DNA from: Candidatus Bathyarchaeia archaeon
Lineage (GTDB): Archaea; Thermoproteota; Bathyarchaeia; Bathyarchaeales; Bathycorpusculaceae
NCBI GenBank assembly: GCA_049512075.1
Contig: JBEKXL010000001.1
Location: forward strand, 323,462 to 387,461
Direction of reading: 5' to 3'
Length of the DNA: 64,000 nt
A model generated the notes under the pieces. The model saw nothing but the letters and a program-made list of their open reading frames with translations. It searched no databases and had not been told where the DNA came from. Numbering within the stretch: position 1 is the first letter of the stretch; every line of letters begins with the position of its first letter. This document shows, in pieces, positions 38,814 to 49,555 of this stretch. The translations under genes and the position numbers were made by a program.

Positions 38814-40007
38814 ATGAAAAAAATTCTCTTTGTGAGCGGCTCGATCGGTTTAGGACATGTAGGCAGAGATTTGGAAGTTGCTGGAGCCCTCAGGAGGATT
38901 CGGCCTGACGTTGAAATATCTTGGATGGCTGAGCCCCCAGCCTCGGGAGTTCTCGAAAACGCTGGGGAAAAGCTTCTTCCAGAAGCAGGTTTGTTATCCT
39001 CGGCCAACGCGGAGTTGGAAGGATTAGCCAGAGAATACAAGGCAAACTTGGTACAGTGGGTCATGAACATGCGAAAGGGTTGGTCCCGGAATGCCGAAGT
39101 CTATGCTGGGATTTCTGAAGAATACAGTTTTGACCTGTGGATAGGGGACGAACCATATGATATTATGATTGCAATGCAAAAGAACCCAGGCTTGAAGAAG
39201 TGCCCTTTTGTGGTTATTTATGATTTCTTGGGGCTTGACGCAACCACTTGGAATCCAGTTGATCATCTTGCCGCTTACATGACGAATAGGCTCTGGGTCA
39301 AGTTTTTGGTAGGTGAGCCGTCTCTCGCGGATCGAAGCATCTTTGTTGGTGAAATCGAGGACGTTCCAGACAAGAGGTTTGGTTTCATGCTGCCCAACCG
39401 TCGCAGACTCGCCGAGAAACTGATTAACTTTGTGGGCTATGTGTTTCCAGAGGATATTGAAGACTTCAGAAACAAGGCTAAGGCGCGCAAACTCTTGGGT
39501 TACGGAAATGAACCTTTGATTTTGTGTTCTATTGGTGGGACATCAGCGGGGAAAAACCTGTTGGATCTGTGCGTTAAAGCATACCCGATAGTCAAGGACA
39601 AAATTCCTAACCTTCAAATGGTCTTGGTTTGCGGGCCGCGTGTAGCGCCAGACTCGATTCAAACTCCCGCAGGGGTGAAGATTTTTGGGTACTTGCCCAG
39701 TCTGTATAGGCACTTGGGCGCTGCAGACCTTTGCATTGTCACTGGAGGCGGAACAATAACGCTTGAATTGACTGCACTTCAAAGACCGTTCCTGTATTTT
39801 CCGCTTGAGCACCATTTTGAACAGGAAATTGACGTGGCGAATAGATGCCAAAGACACGGAGCAGGCATCAGAATGACTTGCTCAAAAACCACGCCCGAAT
39901 CATTATCAGAAGCTATTGTCTCAAACATCGGAACGCATGTCGATTACCCATCGATACCCACTAATGGCGCACAGGAAGCAGCCAGAACAATCCAGTCAAT
40001 TCTCTAG
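38814..40007 (+). CDS. GT-B glycosyltransferase (GT28 C-terminal-like)
   Basis: GSIGLGHVGR, SIGGTS, ADLCIVTGGGTITLE, HFEQ. Confidence 0.82.
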   Translation: MKKILFVSGSIGLGHVGRDLEVAGALRRIRPDVEISWMAEPPASGVLENAGEKLLPEAGLLSSANAELEGLAREYKANLVQWVMNMRKGWSRNAEVYAGISEEYSFDLWIGDEPYDIMIAMQKNPGLKKCPFVVIYDFLGLDATTWNPVDHLAAYMTNRLWVKFLVGEPSLADRSIFVGEIEDVPDKRFGFMLPNRRRLAEKLINFVGYVFPEDIEDFRNKAKARKLLGYGNEPLILCSIGGTSAGKNLLDLCVKAYPIVKDKIPNLQMVLVCGPRVAPDSIQTPAGVKIFGYLPSLYRHLGAADLCIVTGGGTITLELTALQRPFLYFPLEHHFEQEIDVANRCQRHGAGIRMTCSKTTPESLSEAIVSNIGTHVDYPSIPTNGAQEAARTIQSIL

Positions 40008-40289
40008 GCTCCTGTTTCCATGTTTTTCTCTCCAGGAAAAAGGCTTGCCCATTTTTTTGGGCATAATTTCTAAGGGCTATTTTTAGCGCGCTTTTTTGAC
40101 GACGACGTCTTAGCGCGCGAGTATTCTCTTACACATGGTGCGGTAGCCCAGGAGAAACCGCTACTTAGGCCATAGTTTTTACTTTCTAGCTTAAGGAGTT
40201 TCGCCCATATCCTCTCTTTCTCGAAAGCGACAGACATGTGGTCGAGCAAAATGAGCAAGTATTTAAAGCAAACGTGTTAACGAATTCGC

Positions 40290-41186
40290 GTGAGGGTCGG
40301 CGAGTTGGTCGCAGGGGTTAAAGAGATTCAGAAGCATTTCAAAATGACAGATGGCTTTGACCTATTTTGCAGACATTGGAAAGCCGATGGAGAGAGCAGA
40401 AAATCAGTCGTGTGCATCCATAGCATAGGGGGACATTCCGAAGTTTTCCGAGTTATGGGACAGGATTTGGCCGAAGATGGAATCGAAGTCTATGCCTTAG
40501 ACCTTAGAGGTTTTGGAAACTCCAAGGAAAAAGGCTTGCCAAGAGGAGACACCAAGGATTTCAATAGGCACCTACGAGATTTGGGGGAAGTAGTAGGTTT
40601 CGTACGCAAGAGACACCTCAAGAACAGAGTCTACATGTTTGGTTGGAGTCTAGGTGTATTGTACACTCTTTGGTATTCTGCAAATCATCCAGATTCTCTA
40701 GACGGAATAATACTTGCAGCGCCTTACTGGGTCGGATCAATGCCCCTAATATATCGCACTAATATCTCGTCTATGCTCGTCTCTGCGCCTGAGACGATCT
40801 ACGACACCTACAAGACTTGGTCCCGTGAGTTCAAGGAAAGCGCAGAGGGCAAAATCCTGCGCCAAGATCCACTGTTCACAACAAAGCGCAGTTGGCGTTG
40901 GCTAGGCGGCGTAAAGGAAACTTTGAGCGATAGAGTATTGCAAAATGCGTCGCAGACAGAGAAACCCACTCTGATAATTCTAGGCGGGAAGGACGACAAG
41001 GACATTCGAGATGGGGCCAAACAACTCCTTGAGAGTGTGGCAGCGAAAGATAAGTCAATCCAACCCTTTCCAGACGCAGACCATTTCTTTTATCATGCCT
41101 TATTCTTCAAGACAACCGCCAAGCATGACCAGGCAAAAAGAAAGCGGGTGACCTCTGTCGTTAAGGATTGGTTGAACGCTCACTAG
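40290..41186 (+). CDS. Alpha/beta hydrolase (lysophospholipase-like)
   Basis: DLRGFGNS, nucleophile elbow GWSLG, GGKDD, DADH. Confidence 0.88.
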   Translation: MRVGELVAGVKEIQKHFKMTDGFDLFCRHWKADGESRKSVVCIHSIGGHSEVFRVMGQDLAEDGIEVYALDLRGFGNSKEKGLPRGDTKDFNRHLRDLGEVVGFVRKRHLKNRVYMFGWSLGVLYTLWYSANHPDSLDGIILAAPYWVGSMPLIYRTNISSMLVSAPETIYDTYKTWSREFKESAEGKILRQDPLFTTKRSWRWLGGVKETLSDRVLQNASQTEKPTLIILGGKDDKDIRDGAKQLLESVAAKDKSIQPFPDADHFFYHALFFKTTAKHDQAKRKRVTSVVKDWLNAH

Positions 41187-41253
41187 ACCATTTCTAATGC
41201 TAGTGAGCGCGACCCAGTTCAAGCTGGAAAAGCATGAATCCATTCCTAAGCAA

Positions 41254-41273
41254 TGGTAGCCCGGGATAGCTTC
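41254..41273 (-). repeat. 20-bp direct repeat resembling a tRNA 3' end, copy 1
   Basis: tggtagcccgggatagcttc is identical to 45291-45310; reverse complement ends ...cccgggctacca. Confidence 0.75.
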
Positions 41274-41509
41274 AAACACTCGGTTCAAACTTTTCCTGCA
41301 TACTATCAATCTGCGAGCAAAAACTAGCTTAATTGCGATTGAAATGACTAGATTTCATTGTTGTTTTGGCTATTCACCCGAGAGCTCGACTTTTTTCCGC
41401 GGTCATGTTATGGAAGGCGTCAGGTTAACTAAACCTAGGTGGGATATTTCGGCAGATTCATGAGAACTTGGAAAACAATCTTCGATTTGCCATTTTTCAT
41501 TTTGTTGGT

Positions 41510-42406
41510 TTAAATGACCACGCCCATGCGGTGGAGTTCGTCCAGCAAGCTTGCCTTTGTCTGTTTGAGTCTTTGCCTCTGTTCAGCGTATTCGTCGCCA
41601 CTTATCCTGTCAGCTCGAAAGTCTTGGTCGAGTTTTTCCAATTGTGCATCTATGTCAGACAGTCTTGATTTGAGTTGATCAACGTATGAGATGGCTGCGG
41701 TCGATTCTAATGTTTGAGCGGGCGTCAAAGCCGCTTTTATGGCGCCATCTTCGATGCGCAGGATTCTGTCTCCTCGCCTGGCAGCATTTGGGTCATGAGT
41801 AACCATCACAATGGTCTTGCCCAGTTCTCGGCTAATATTCACCAAGTAGTCGATCACGATTTTGGCGTTAGTAGTGTCTAATTCTCCTGTCGGCTCGTCG
41901 GCTAGGATTACTGGGGCGTCGTTGGCTAGAGCAGCAGCCATGGTTATGCGTTGCTGTTCTCCGCCGCTTAATTCGTCGGGTTTATGATCGGCTCTTTGAG
42001 TTAGGCCCACTATTTCAAGCAATTCTGTGACACGTTCTTTTCGTTTACCTCTTCCCGCACCTATGGCTATCATTGGCAGTTCGACGTTTTCAGCAGCTGT
42101 CAACGTGGGAATTAGATTGAGAGTCTGGAAAATGTGTCCCACGGTTTTCCTTCGATAATCAACGAGCTGAGAGGTTGAGAGCGCCGTGACTTGCGTACCA
42201 CCTACTACGACGGAGCCTGCGGTTGCCGTGTCTAATCCTCCTATTATGTTTAGTAGAGTGGTCTTTCCGCTTCCACTTGGTCCTATGATTGAGACCACTT
42301 CGCCCTCTTTCACTGACATGCTTAGTCCACGTAGAGCCTGAACCTCCACTTTGCCCAGATGGTAAACTTTAATCAGGTCTTTGACGATTATTTCTGCACC
42401 TTTCAA
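41510..42406 (-). CDS. LolD/MacB-type ABC ATPase with coiled-coil C-terminus
   Basis: [28 protein letters not shown]. Confidence 0.92.
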   Translation of the reverse strand: MKGAEIIVKDLIKVYHLGKVEVQALRGLSMSVKEGEVVSIIGPSGSGKTTLLNIIGGLDTATAGSVVVGGTQVTALSTSQLVDYRRKTVGHIFQTLNLIPTLTAAENVELPMIAIGAGRGKRKERVTELLEIVGLTQRADHKPDELSGGEQQRITMAAALANDAPVILADEPTGELDTTNAKIVIDYLVNISRELGKTIVMVTHDPNAARRGDRILRIEDGAIKAALTPAQTLESTAAISYVDQLKSRLSDIDAQLEKLDQDFRADRISGDEYAEQRQRLKQTKASLLDELHRMGVVI

Positions 42407-45189
42407 ACTTCTCGCACCGTCCTTTCTAACCTTGAACTGTATCTTTTTGCCAGGAGAATGACCGGGATGATGGTTGACGCGAAGACGAGGAAGAAAGAAA
42501 CGAATAGGGTCAAGAGTGCATCAGGCGGAAAGACCATGTGCCAGCTCAAAGGGATGGATGAATAGAAGGCGGTGTTCACAGCGTTGTTTGACGCAACTAT
42601 TCCGCGCACCACTATGAGTCCCACAACCGTGCCCACAAGCACCGCGAATGTCACGACCGCAAGGCTTTCGGTGAGAAGCATAACGAGCAATTGCTTGAAT
42701 GAGAGCCCCCGAACGCTCATGATTGACGCCTCACGTCTCCTCTCTGTCAAGCTGACCAACGTGACAAGTGCGGTTCCGACTGAAGCCGCCGCCACCATGA
42801 AAAACACGCCTAAGTGTAGAACGTCAAAAGATCCCGTAAGGGTAAGGTTGCTCTGCTCTTCCTCAAGCTGCTCAGCCACGGAGGACACTGAGCTGACACC
42901 GTTGATTTCCAATCCGCGAATCTGATCCGCGACATCCTCACTGTCCGTGCCGCCTTGCAACTTGATGAGTATTTTGGCTGAGGCTGAACGAACTACGTTT
43001 TCTTTTAGCTGGTCGTACAGTCCTTCTGGAACATAAGACCAGTACTGACCTGAAGATTGCGCCGACTCGATTCCGAAAAACCCTATAACCGTCAACTCTT
43101 CCGTCTGCACTGCTCCCGTGGATGAGTCACCAAAAGTCACGGTGACGACATCGCCAACCTTCTTGCTAAGAGTTGTGGCTTTGCTGCGATCCAAAATAAC
43201 GGTGTAATTGTTTGAACTCATAGTTTCAAAGGCTTTTTCAACCGAGTTACCGCTGAACAGGTCATCCTCATAATAAGCTGTCGAAAGCCACGTTTTGGGA
43301 TCTACCGCCCGAAACTGCATTCCTACATACCCTCCAGAACCAGCTGAACCCGTGAAACTGTATTCTGCAGTCATAGATTGAACGTGAGACACGTTGCTGG
43401 TGATGGCATTTATCATCTGCGAGGCATTCGCAGGCGAACTCAATGCAAGACTAACATCCGAGCCAACAGCAAAGTGAGCTCCACGAATAACTAAGTCTTG
43501 TTCACTCGCCAGGGTTCCAACGACCTGAAAACTGTAGCCAATAATGAAGGCTATGAGAAATGCGGCGGCAGCGGCACGAGCAGGGTTTCTACGGACACTC
43601 TTGGTCGCAAGCTTACCTAGATCACCCAAAAACCTAGCAGCCCTAGCCATGATTTCTTGGAACATCGAGCCACTTACGAAGATTTTTGTGAACCCCCAGA
43701 AGAACAGAAACGGCCCGACATAAGTCAGTCCGAAATCGATGGCAACAACTATTCCTAACAAAATGAAGACGAGAACGTTCGACGGAGCTCCTCCGAGCCC
43801 CGCCTGAAGATTAATGCCCAGAAGAAACACGATTATTTTAAAAGAACCGAGAAGGAGTGCAACCCAAGGCCACAGCCGCTTGTACGGTTTATCCTCTTCC
43901 ACGTACACGTATTCTCTCAAAGCGTCCACTGCGGTCATCTTTGAAGCCTTTCTTGCTGACCGATAAACCGAAAGAAAGGTGATGATGAGGGCGAAAACCA
44001 TGGTCAAAATGATGGTGTCAGATCCCAATACAAGCGTGCCGATGGATTGGCCGCCAGCGGCCGCGACAAACCATGGAGTAAGAGTCAAACTCAACGCTAT
44101 GCCCAGCAAACCTCCAAGTAGCCCTATCAGTGCAGCCTCGAACAGAAACATCCACCAGAGTTGTCGCTTAGAAAACCCTTTGGTCGATAGGAGACCGATC
44201 TCCCGGCGCCTCAGGTTGAAGGACACGTCAGAAACTGTTGAGCCCACGTACCAGGCCACAAAAAACACCGGTAAAGATGCTATGATGAAGGTAAAACGCA
44301 TCGCAAACGAGGTACTCTGAAAACTGTCCAACGGGTAGGCTAGATTGTCTTGAGCAGACAAACCAAAACGTGAGACCTTTTCACTAATCTGCACTGTAAC
44401 CGCTTCAAGCCTGTTGGCTGAACCGGTGACGTCCCACGGGCTGATAAGGCTCGAGCGGTCAACAAAAACCTGAATTGCGGTGCTGAGTGGAGAATATTCA
44501 GGCGAAAAATCATACACGACATCGAGCAGCTTAGCAAAAGTTTTCTCCCAACTAGTGATAAAAAGATTAGCGTTCTGTTGTGGATAAAGCTGGCTCGCGG
44601 CCGAGCTAAATGCTATAGAAAGCTCCTGTTCACTGAGATGAACAAAACCAGCTACTTTAAGATTCACAATAAGTGATAATGTTGGTACATGAGAATACAT
44701 CGTGATATTTATCGGAATGACGTCACCAATGTGAACCTTTCCAACGTCAGGCGATTCTGCCCAGACATACGTTTCATTCTCTCCTAAAGTGGAGGTGTTG
44801 CAGACAAGAGAGTGCTCAGGTATCCCAATCAAATTGATGGAAGTCGTGAAATTGAGCTTCTCAATATTATTGAAATCCACGTATGAAGAAATTGCCTCGA
44901 CGTGAGTTATGCCTTGCACAGTTGATATCGCGTTAATTGCATCTGACACGTTTTTGGAGGACAACAGGCTATTCGCTGGAAAACCATTAATATATGCGTA
45001 GGAACTGTAACCTATGGAAATGTCAACTGGAATTTTACTCAGCGCTTGATCAAGAGCCCGCCACGCAGCTGTATCCGCGCCCACGTTGATGCCCGCGAAA
45101 AACGTTGAAGCCAAAACGATGCCTAGCAATAAGGCTATGAACAGTCGCCATGAACGAACAAGTCGCTTAAAGGTGTACGAAAACGACAA
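42403..45189 (-). CDS. FtsX-like ABC permease (duplicated)
   Basis: RRREIGLLSTKG and ERRREASIMSVRG FtsX motifs with large extracytoplasmic loops. Confidence 0.88.
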   Translation of the reverse strand: MSFSYTFKRLVRSWRLFIALLLGIVLASTFFAGINVGADTAAWRALDQALSKIPVDISIGYSSYAYINGFPANSLLSSKNVSDAINAISTVQGITHVEAISSYVDFNNIEKLNFTTSINLIGIPEHSLVCNTSTLGENETYVWAESPDVGKVHIGDVIPINITMYSHVPTLSLIVNLKVAGFVHLSEQELSIAFSSAASQLYPQQNANLFITSWEKTFAKLLDVVYDFSPEYSPLSTAIQVFVDRSSLISPWDVTGSANRLEAVTVQISEKVSRFGLSAQDNLAYPLDSFQSTSFAMRFTFIIASLPVFFVAWYVGSTVSDVSFNLRRREIGLLSTKGFSKRQLWWMFLFEAALIGLLGGLLGIALSLTLTPWFVAAAGGQSIGTLVLGSDTIILTMVFALIITFLSVYRSARKASKMTAVDALREYVYVEEDKPYKRLWPWVALLLGSFKIIVFLLGINLQAGLGGAPSNVLVFILLGIVVAIDFGLTYVGPFLFFWGFTKIFVSGSMFQEIMARAARFLGDLGKLATKSVRRNPARAAAAAFLIAFIIGYSFQVVGTLASEQDLVIRGAHFAVGSDVSLALSSPANASQMINAITSNVSHVQSMTAEYSFTGSAGSGGYVGMQFRAVDPKTWLSTAYYEDDLFSGNSVEKAFETMSSNNYTVILDRSKATTLSKKVGDVVTVTFGDSSTGAVQTEELTVIGFFGIESAQSSGQYWSYVPEGLYDQLKENVVRSASAKILIKLQGGTDSEDVADQIRGLEINGVSSVSSVAEQLEEEQSNLTLTGSFDVLHLGVFFMVAAASVGTALVTLVSLTERRREASIMSVRGLSFKQLLVMLLTESLAVVTFAVLVGTVVGLIVVRGIVASNNAVNTAFYSSIPLSWHMVFPPDALLTLFVSFFLVFASTIIPVILLAKRYSSRLERTVREV

Positions 45190-45290
45190 GTTTAATCAAA
45201 TAACAGTTTGACCGATAACCAATTTCAGTCTTTTGGTTCAAATGATTTCGCAAAGACGAGAGTCTGAACATCGTCCTGACTAGGGTTTGT

Positions 45291-45321
45291 TGGTAGCCCG
45301 GGATAGCTTCGAGCTCTCGCC
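45291..45321 (-). repeat. tRNA-3'-like direct repeat, copy 2
   Basis: tggtagcccgggatagcttcgagctctcgcc. Confidence 0.75.
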
Positions 45322-45364
45322 AAGCATATCCAGTATGATTTTTTACTCGTAAAAACGTGCCCCG

Positions 45365-45382
45365 ATCCCGGCCGAAGCACCA
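45365..45382 (+). repeat. att-like copy of tRNA-Glu 3' end
   Basis: atcccggccgaagcacca, 17/18 match to 13137-13154. Confidence 0.75.
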
Positions 45383-45476
45383 TTTTACTGGTATAATCTT
45401 AGTGCGACAGCAGGAGCCTCAGACTTCTCGGAATAACCCTTCACAGGTAAAGAAACCGAAAGTCTGATCCGCCAGA

Positions 45477-45596
45477 CAAGCGCGCGCTGGGAGAGTTTCG
45501 AACCCTCGCCGAGCACAAGGCAAGCATACCTTTTCCGGCAAATTCGTTTTCTGATAATGGCTAGAGCACTATTTTGATGAGGTCAAGAGAGAGATA
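45477..45596 (+). repeat. ~120-bp direct repeat, copy 2
   Basis: Matches 18989-19107. Confidence 0.9.
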
Positions 45597-46094
45597 GCGC
45601 CCGCTCACGCCGGTTTCCAATGAGAATTTGGCGCGTTATCTACTTCCTGATTTCTTATGGTCCGAGAAAATGAGCATATCGAGTCAACAGCTCAGAAGAA
45701 GCGGGCGTCCGGGTTCTGTGAAGTCTTTGTCACCTTGCTAATTTTGGTCTCCATGTGAAAATTCGTCACCTGCAACGATACTGGCGCGTAAAGGGACATG
45801 AACCGTTCGCTGAGTTTTGTTCGATGTTCATAACGACTGACCTATAGCGACCCTAACCTGTCGCGAGTCGATTGCAAATTCTTCAGCAATGCTTGGCTAT
45901 TAGGAAAAACTCTCACCCCGACACGCAAGAAATTGAGCTTTATTTGAAGATAAGCAATGGTAATCATCACTATTATGAATTTGCCGACTTCGTAGTTTCT
46001 CTTGCTCATTCTATGATTCTACCTCTCTGAGATGGCGTGCGCAACCTATTTAAGAATCACGATTATATCACGTCGATGGTTTGGTGCACAAATT

Positions 46095-47450
46095 ATGAAA
46101 AGTAGGATACGATTGGTTTTAGGCGTTGTTCTTCTCGCCATTTTCATTACAGCATTGTGCACTTCGTTCGGCGCCGCTGCCACGACAGGATGGAGCCAGA
46201 CGTACGGAGGTTCTGGAGACGATGAAGCGTATTCCCTAGTCCAAACAAGGGACGGGGGCTACGCGTTAGCGGGATTCACAAACTCCAGCGGCGCGGGCAG
46301 CTATGATTTCTGGTTGATCAAGACCAACTCTTCCGGAGGCATGCAGTGGAACCAGACCTACGGTGGGGCAGGGGACGATGAATCCTATTCAGTCGTACAA
46401 AGCAACGACACGGGATACGCAGTAGCCGGGTTCACGGATTCTTACGGTGCCGGTGAAACCGACGCTTGGCTTGTCAGAACAGACTCTTCTGGAAACATGC
46501 AGTGGAGCCAAACCTACGGGGGAGTAGCGCAAGACGGCGCATACTCTGTAATCCAAACCAGCGACGGAGGCTACGCGTTAGCGGGGTTCACTGATTCCTT
46601 CGGGGCAGGCAGCTTCGATTTCTGGCTAGTTAAGACAGACTCTCATGGAAATATGGTGTGGAACCAGACTTACGGTGGGACAGGGGACGATGAAGCCTCG
46701 TGTGTGGTTCAGACCAGCGACGGAGGCTACGCGTTAGGGGGGTACACGAACTCTTTCGGCGCTGGCAGCTACGACTTCTGGCTTGTCAAGACCAACTCTT
46801 CTGGAGGCATGACGTGGAACCATGCTTACGGTGGCTCGGGAGACGATGAGGCTGAGTGCGTTATTCAGACCAGCACTGGCTACGCCCTAGCCGGATACAC
46901 CAACTCAACTGGAGCAGGCAACGACGATTTCTGGCTGGTTACGACCGACTCCTCTGGAACGTTACAGTGGAGCCAAACCTACGGAGGAGCATACGACGAA
47001 ATAGCAAACGCGTTAGTTCAAACCAGCGACGGAGGCTACGCCCTAGGAGGCCTAACAGGATCCAACGGCGCCGGCGACGTTGATTACTGGCTCGTCAAGA
47101 CCACGTCTACCGGAACCACGCAGTGGAGCCAAACCTACGGAGGCTCAGATGACGATGAAGCGTATTCCCTAGTTCAGACAAGCGACGGAGGCTATGCGTT
47201 AGCCGGGTTCACAGCTTCCTACGGCGCCGGCAGCTACGACGCCTTTCTAGTCAAAACCGACTCCTCAGGAAACAGCATGATGCCACAGTCATCATTCTCC
47301 ATCCCATACTCCACCATAGCGATAGTAGTCGTGATTATAGCAGTCATAATAATAGCAGTCGTATTCATAGCCCGCAGCAGACGTTCCAGGTCCGACACAG
47401 GCAGTGGTCAACAGTATCCACCCCCAAGTCCCGAAGTGAAACCGCCATAA
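46095..47450 (+). CDS. Membrane-anchored surface protein with ~50-aa beta-propeller-like repeats
   Basis: Signal peptide, 7 repeats WxQTYGG..DxAxSxxQTSDGGYALAG..DFWLVKTDSSG, C-terminal TM helix and Pro-rich tail. Confidence 0.85.
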   Translation: MKSRIRLVLGVVLLAIFITALCTSFGAAATTGWSQTYGGSGDDEAYSLVQTRDGGYALAGFTNSSGAGSYDFWLIKTNSSGGMQWNQTYGGAGDDESYSVVQSNDTGYAVAGFTDSYGAGETDAWLVRTDSSGNMQWSQTYGGVAQDGAYSVIQTSDGGYALAGFTDSFGAGSFDFWLVKTDSHGNMVWNQTYGGTGDDEASCVVQTSDGGYALGGYTNSFGAGSYDFWLVKTNSSGGMTWNHAYGGSGDDEAECVIQTSTGYALAGYTNSTGAGNDDFWLVTTDSSGTLQWSQTYGGAYDEIANALVQTSDGGYALGGLTGSNGAGDVDYWLVKTTSTGTTQWSQTYGGSDDDEAYSLVQTSDGGYALAGFTASYGAGSYDAFLVKTDSSGNSMMPQSSFSIPYSTIAIVVVIIAVIIIAVVFIARSRRSRSDTGSGQQYPPPSPEVKPP

Positions 47451-47840
47451 GAGACTCGCTCGGCTCAGGCCGCGAACCGTTCTCTAGAATTTTCCCAGAT
47501 CAGACTATCATATCTCGTCTCCAAGTAGGCTTGCGCGCGCGCTAATCCCTGACTATTACAATGAAAATTACATCTGACATTACAAACAAAAGGGCCGAGT
47601 CCACTCTGAACAGCCTTTCAGCCCGTTTTTCTTCATGGTTTGTTACCACACACATTACATCTGACATTACAAGTGAAAAAGGGGAGCGACCCAGCGCGCG
47701 CGGCATGATCCGCCAGCCAAGATCAACTGGACAGTCATGGTCTGCATGCGAGGACAATTGTGAGACTTGAACTTGACGAACTCAAAACTCAAATACAAGC
47801 TCTACCTATCGAGTAATCTTCTTGGTTGAAGGTGAAATTA

Positions 47841-49376
47841 ATGGCTGGAAATGCAGTGTCAGACTATAATACGCTGATGGAGAAAGCCAAGGAACTTGCT
47901 ATTTTGATGTCAACGGAATCCATGATTAGCTGGGATATGGAGACGATGATGCCTCCGAAGGGTATCAACCTGCGCAGCCAGCAACTTTCTTTACTCAGTG
48001 TAATTGAGCACAAGATGAGCACTCACCCGGAGATTGGAGCCCTACTGCAGAAGATCAAGCGAAGCCCAGAGTATGACAAGCTTGACCAGGTGCAGAAAAG
48101 AAACGTTTACCTCATCCAGAAACGCTACGACGAACAGACGAAGCTTCCAGAAGAACTCGTAGCAGCGATTGCAAAACAGCAGGCTCTGTCTATTGACACG
48201 TGGAAGAAGGCGAAAGCGGCCAAAAACTATGCCATGTTCAGACCTGAGCTTGAGAAACTCGTTGAACTGCAGAAGAAGGCCGCGGACATTTTGATGAAGG
48301 TAAAAGAGACGGCAACACCCTACGATGCGATAATAGACATCTTCGAACCCAAGATGACCGCCAAAGCAATCACCAAAATCTTCGATGAACTCAGAGAAGG
48401 GCTAGTTAAGGTTCTGAAGAAATGTGAGGCTGCGCCGAAACAGCCGGATCTAAGCGTTCTGAAGCACAAGGTCCCGATAGACGTGCAATACAAAATCGCG
48501 GTGGCGCTCGCCGAGGCCGTCGGGTACGATGTAACATCAAAACGAGCAGGAGGCAGAATCGACCCCACCGAGCACCCCTTCACAACAGGCTACTACGACG
48601 ATGTTAGAATAACAACGCACTATTACGAGGATCTCTTCGCATCCTCAATCTTTTCCGTTCTGCATGAAGCAGGGCACGCCATGTACGAACAGAACCTCAA
48701 GCAGGAATGGATGTACCAGCCGATCGGCAGCGGCGTTTCAAGCGGTTTCCATGAGTCACAATCCCGTTTTGTCGAAAACGTTGTGGGCCGATCCCGCGAG
48801 TTCTGGACCTACTTCCTGCCAAAGCTCAAAGAAGTCGGCGGTAGCACGCTGTCAGGCTTGAATCTGGACAAGTTTGTTCACGCAATAAACCAGGTTAAAC
48901 CCTCAAAAATCCGCGTTGAAGCAGACGAAGTCACCTACGGACTGCACATAATCATAAGGTTCAACATTGAACGCGACCTCTTCGCCGACAAAATAACAGT
49001 CAAGGAACTCCCAGAAATATGGAACCAAAAGTACAAAGAGTATCTAGGCTTAAAAATCGAAAACGATTCAGAAGGCGTAATGCAAGACACCCACTGGGCC
49101 AGCGGCTATTACGGCTATTTTCCAAGCTATGCATTGGGCAACATCTACGACGGACAATTACTCACAGCAATGGAGAAAACTTTACCAGACTGGCGGAAAC
49201 AACTGACGAAAGGCAACTTCAACGAGGCAAAAGCGTGGCTGACCAAAAACGTTCACAGCCAAGGAAACCTCTACGACCCCCCCGACCTAATCAAGAGAAT
49301 CGCAGGAACAGAAATAGACGTAAAACCGTACATGGGGTACCTGAACAAGAAGTTCTCTGAACTCTACGGTTTCTGA
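47841..49376 (+). CDS. Carboxypeptidase M32 (Taq-like)
   Basis: HPF, DVRITT, HEAGHAMYEQ, HESQSRF, IRVEADE, QDTHW, GYFPSYALG. Confidence 0.95.
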   Translation: MAGNAVSDYNTLMEKAKELAILMSTESMISWDMETMMPPKGINLRSQQLSLLSVIEHKMSTHPEIGALLQKIKRSPEYDKLDQVQKRNVYLIQKRYDEQTKLPEELVAAIAKQQALSIDTWKKAKAAKNYAMFRPELEKLVELQKKAADILMKVKETATPYDAIIDIFEPKMTAKAITKIFDELREGLVKVLKKCEAAPKQPDLSVLKHKVPIDVQYKIAVALAEAVGYDVTSKRAGGRIDPTEHPFTTGYYDDVRITTHYYEDLFASSIFSVLHEAGHAMYEQNLKQEWMYQPIGSGVSSGFHESQSRFVENVVGRSREFWTYFLPKLKEVGGSTLSGLNLDKFVHAINQVKPSKIRVEADEVTYGLHIIIRFNIERDLFADKITVKELPEIWNQKYKEYLGLKIENDSEGVMQDTHWASGYYGYFPSYALGNIYDGQLLTAMEKTLPDWRKQLTKGNFNEAKAWLTKNVHSQGNLYDPPDLIKRIAGTEIDVKPYMGYLNKKFSELYGF

Positions 49377-49555
49377 TCAGACGCACTCTTTGCCCGATGC
49401 AAAAACACTCTCAACAATACGTACGCGACGATTCCCCCGACAAACAAGTAAACCCCAGTCCAGCCGACGATATTATCATAATAGTTTGCCCCGTACAAGA
49501 ACAAGATGACTCCTAAGATAACAACGAACAAACACGCGAGTCCCTTCCATTCCAC
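49364..49555 (-). CDS. Small 2-TM membrane protein
   Basis: Two hydrophobic helices. Confidence 0.55.
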   Translation of the reverse strand: MEWKGLACLFVVILGVILFLYGANYYDNIVGWTGVYLFVGGIVAYVLLRVFLHRAKSASDQKP

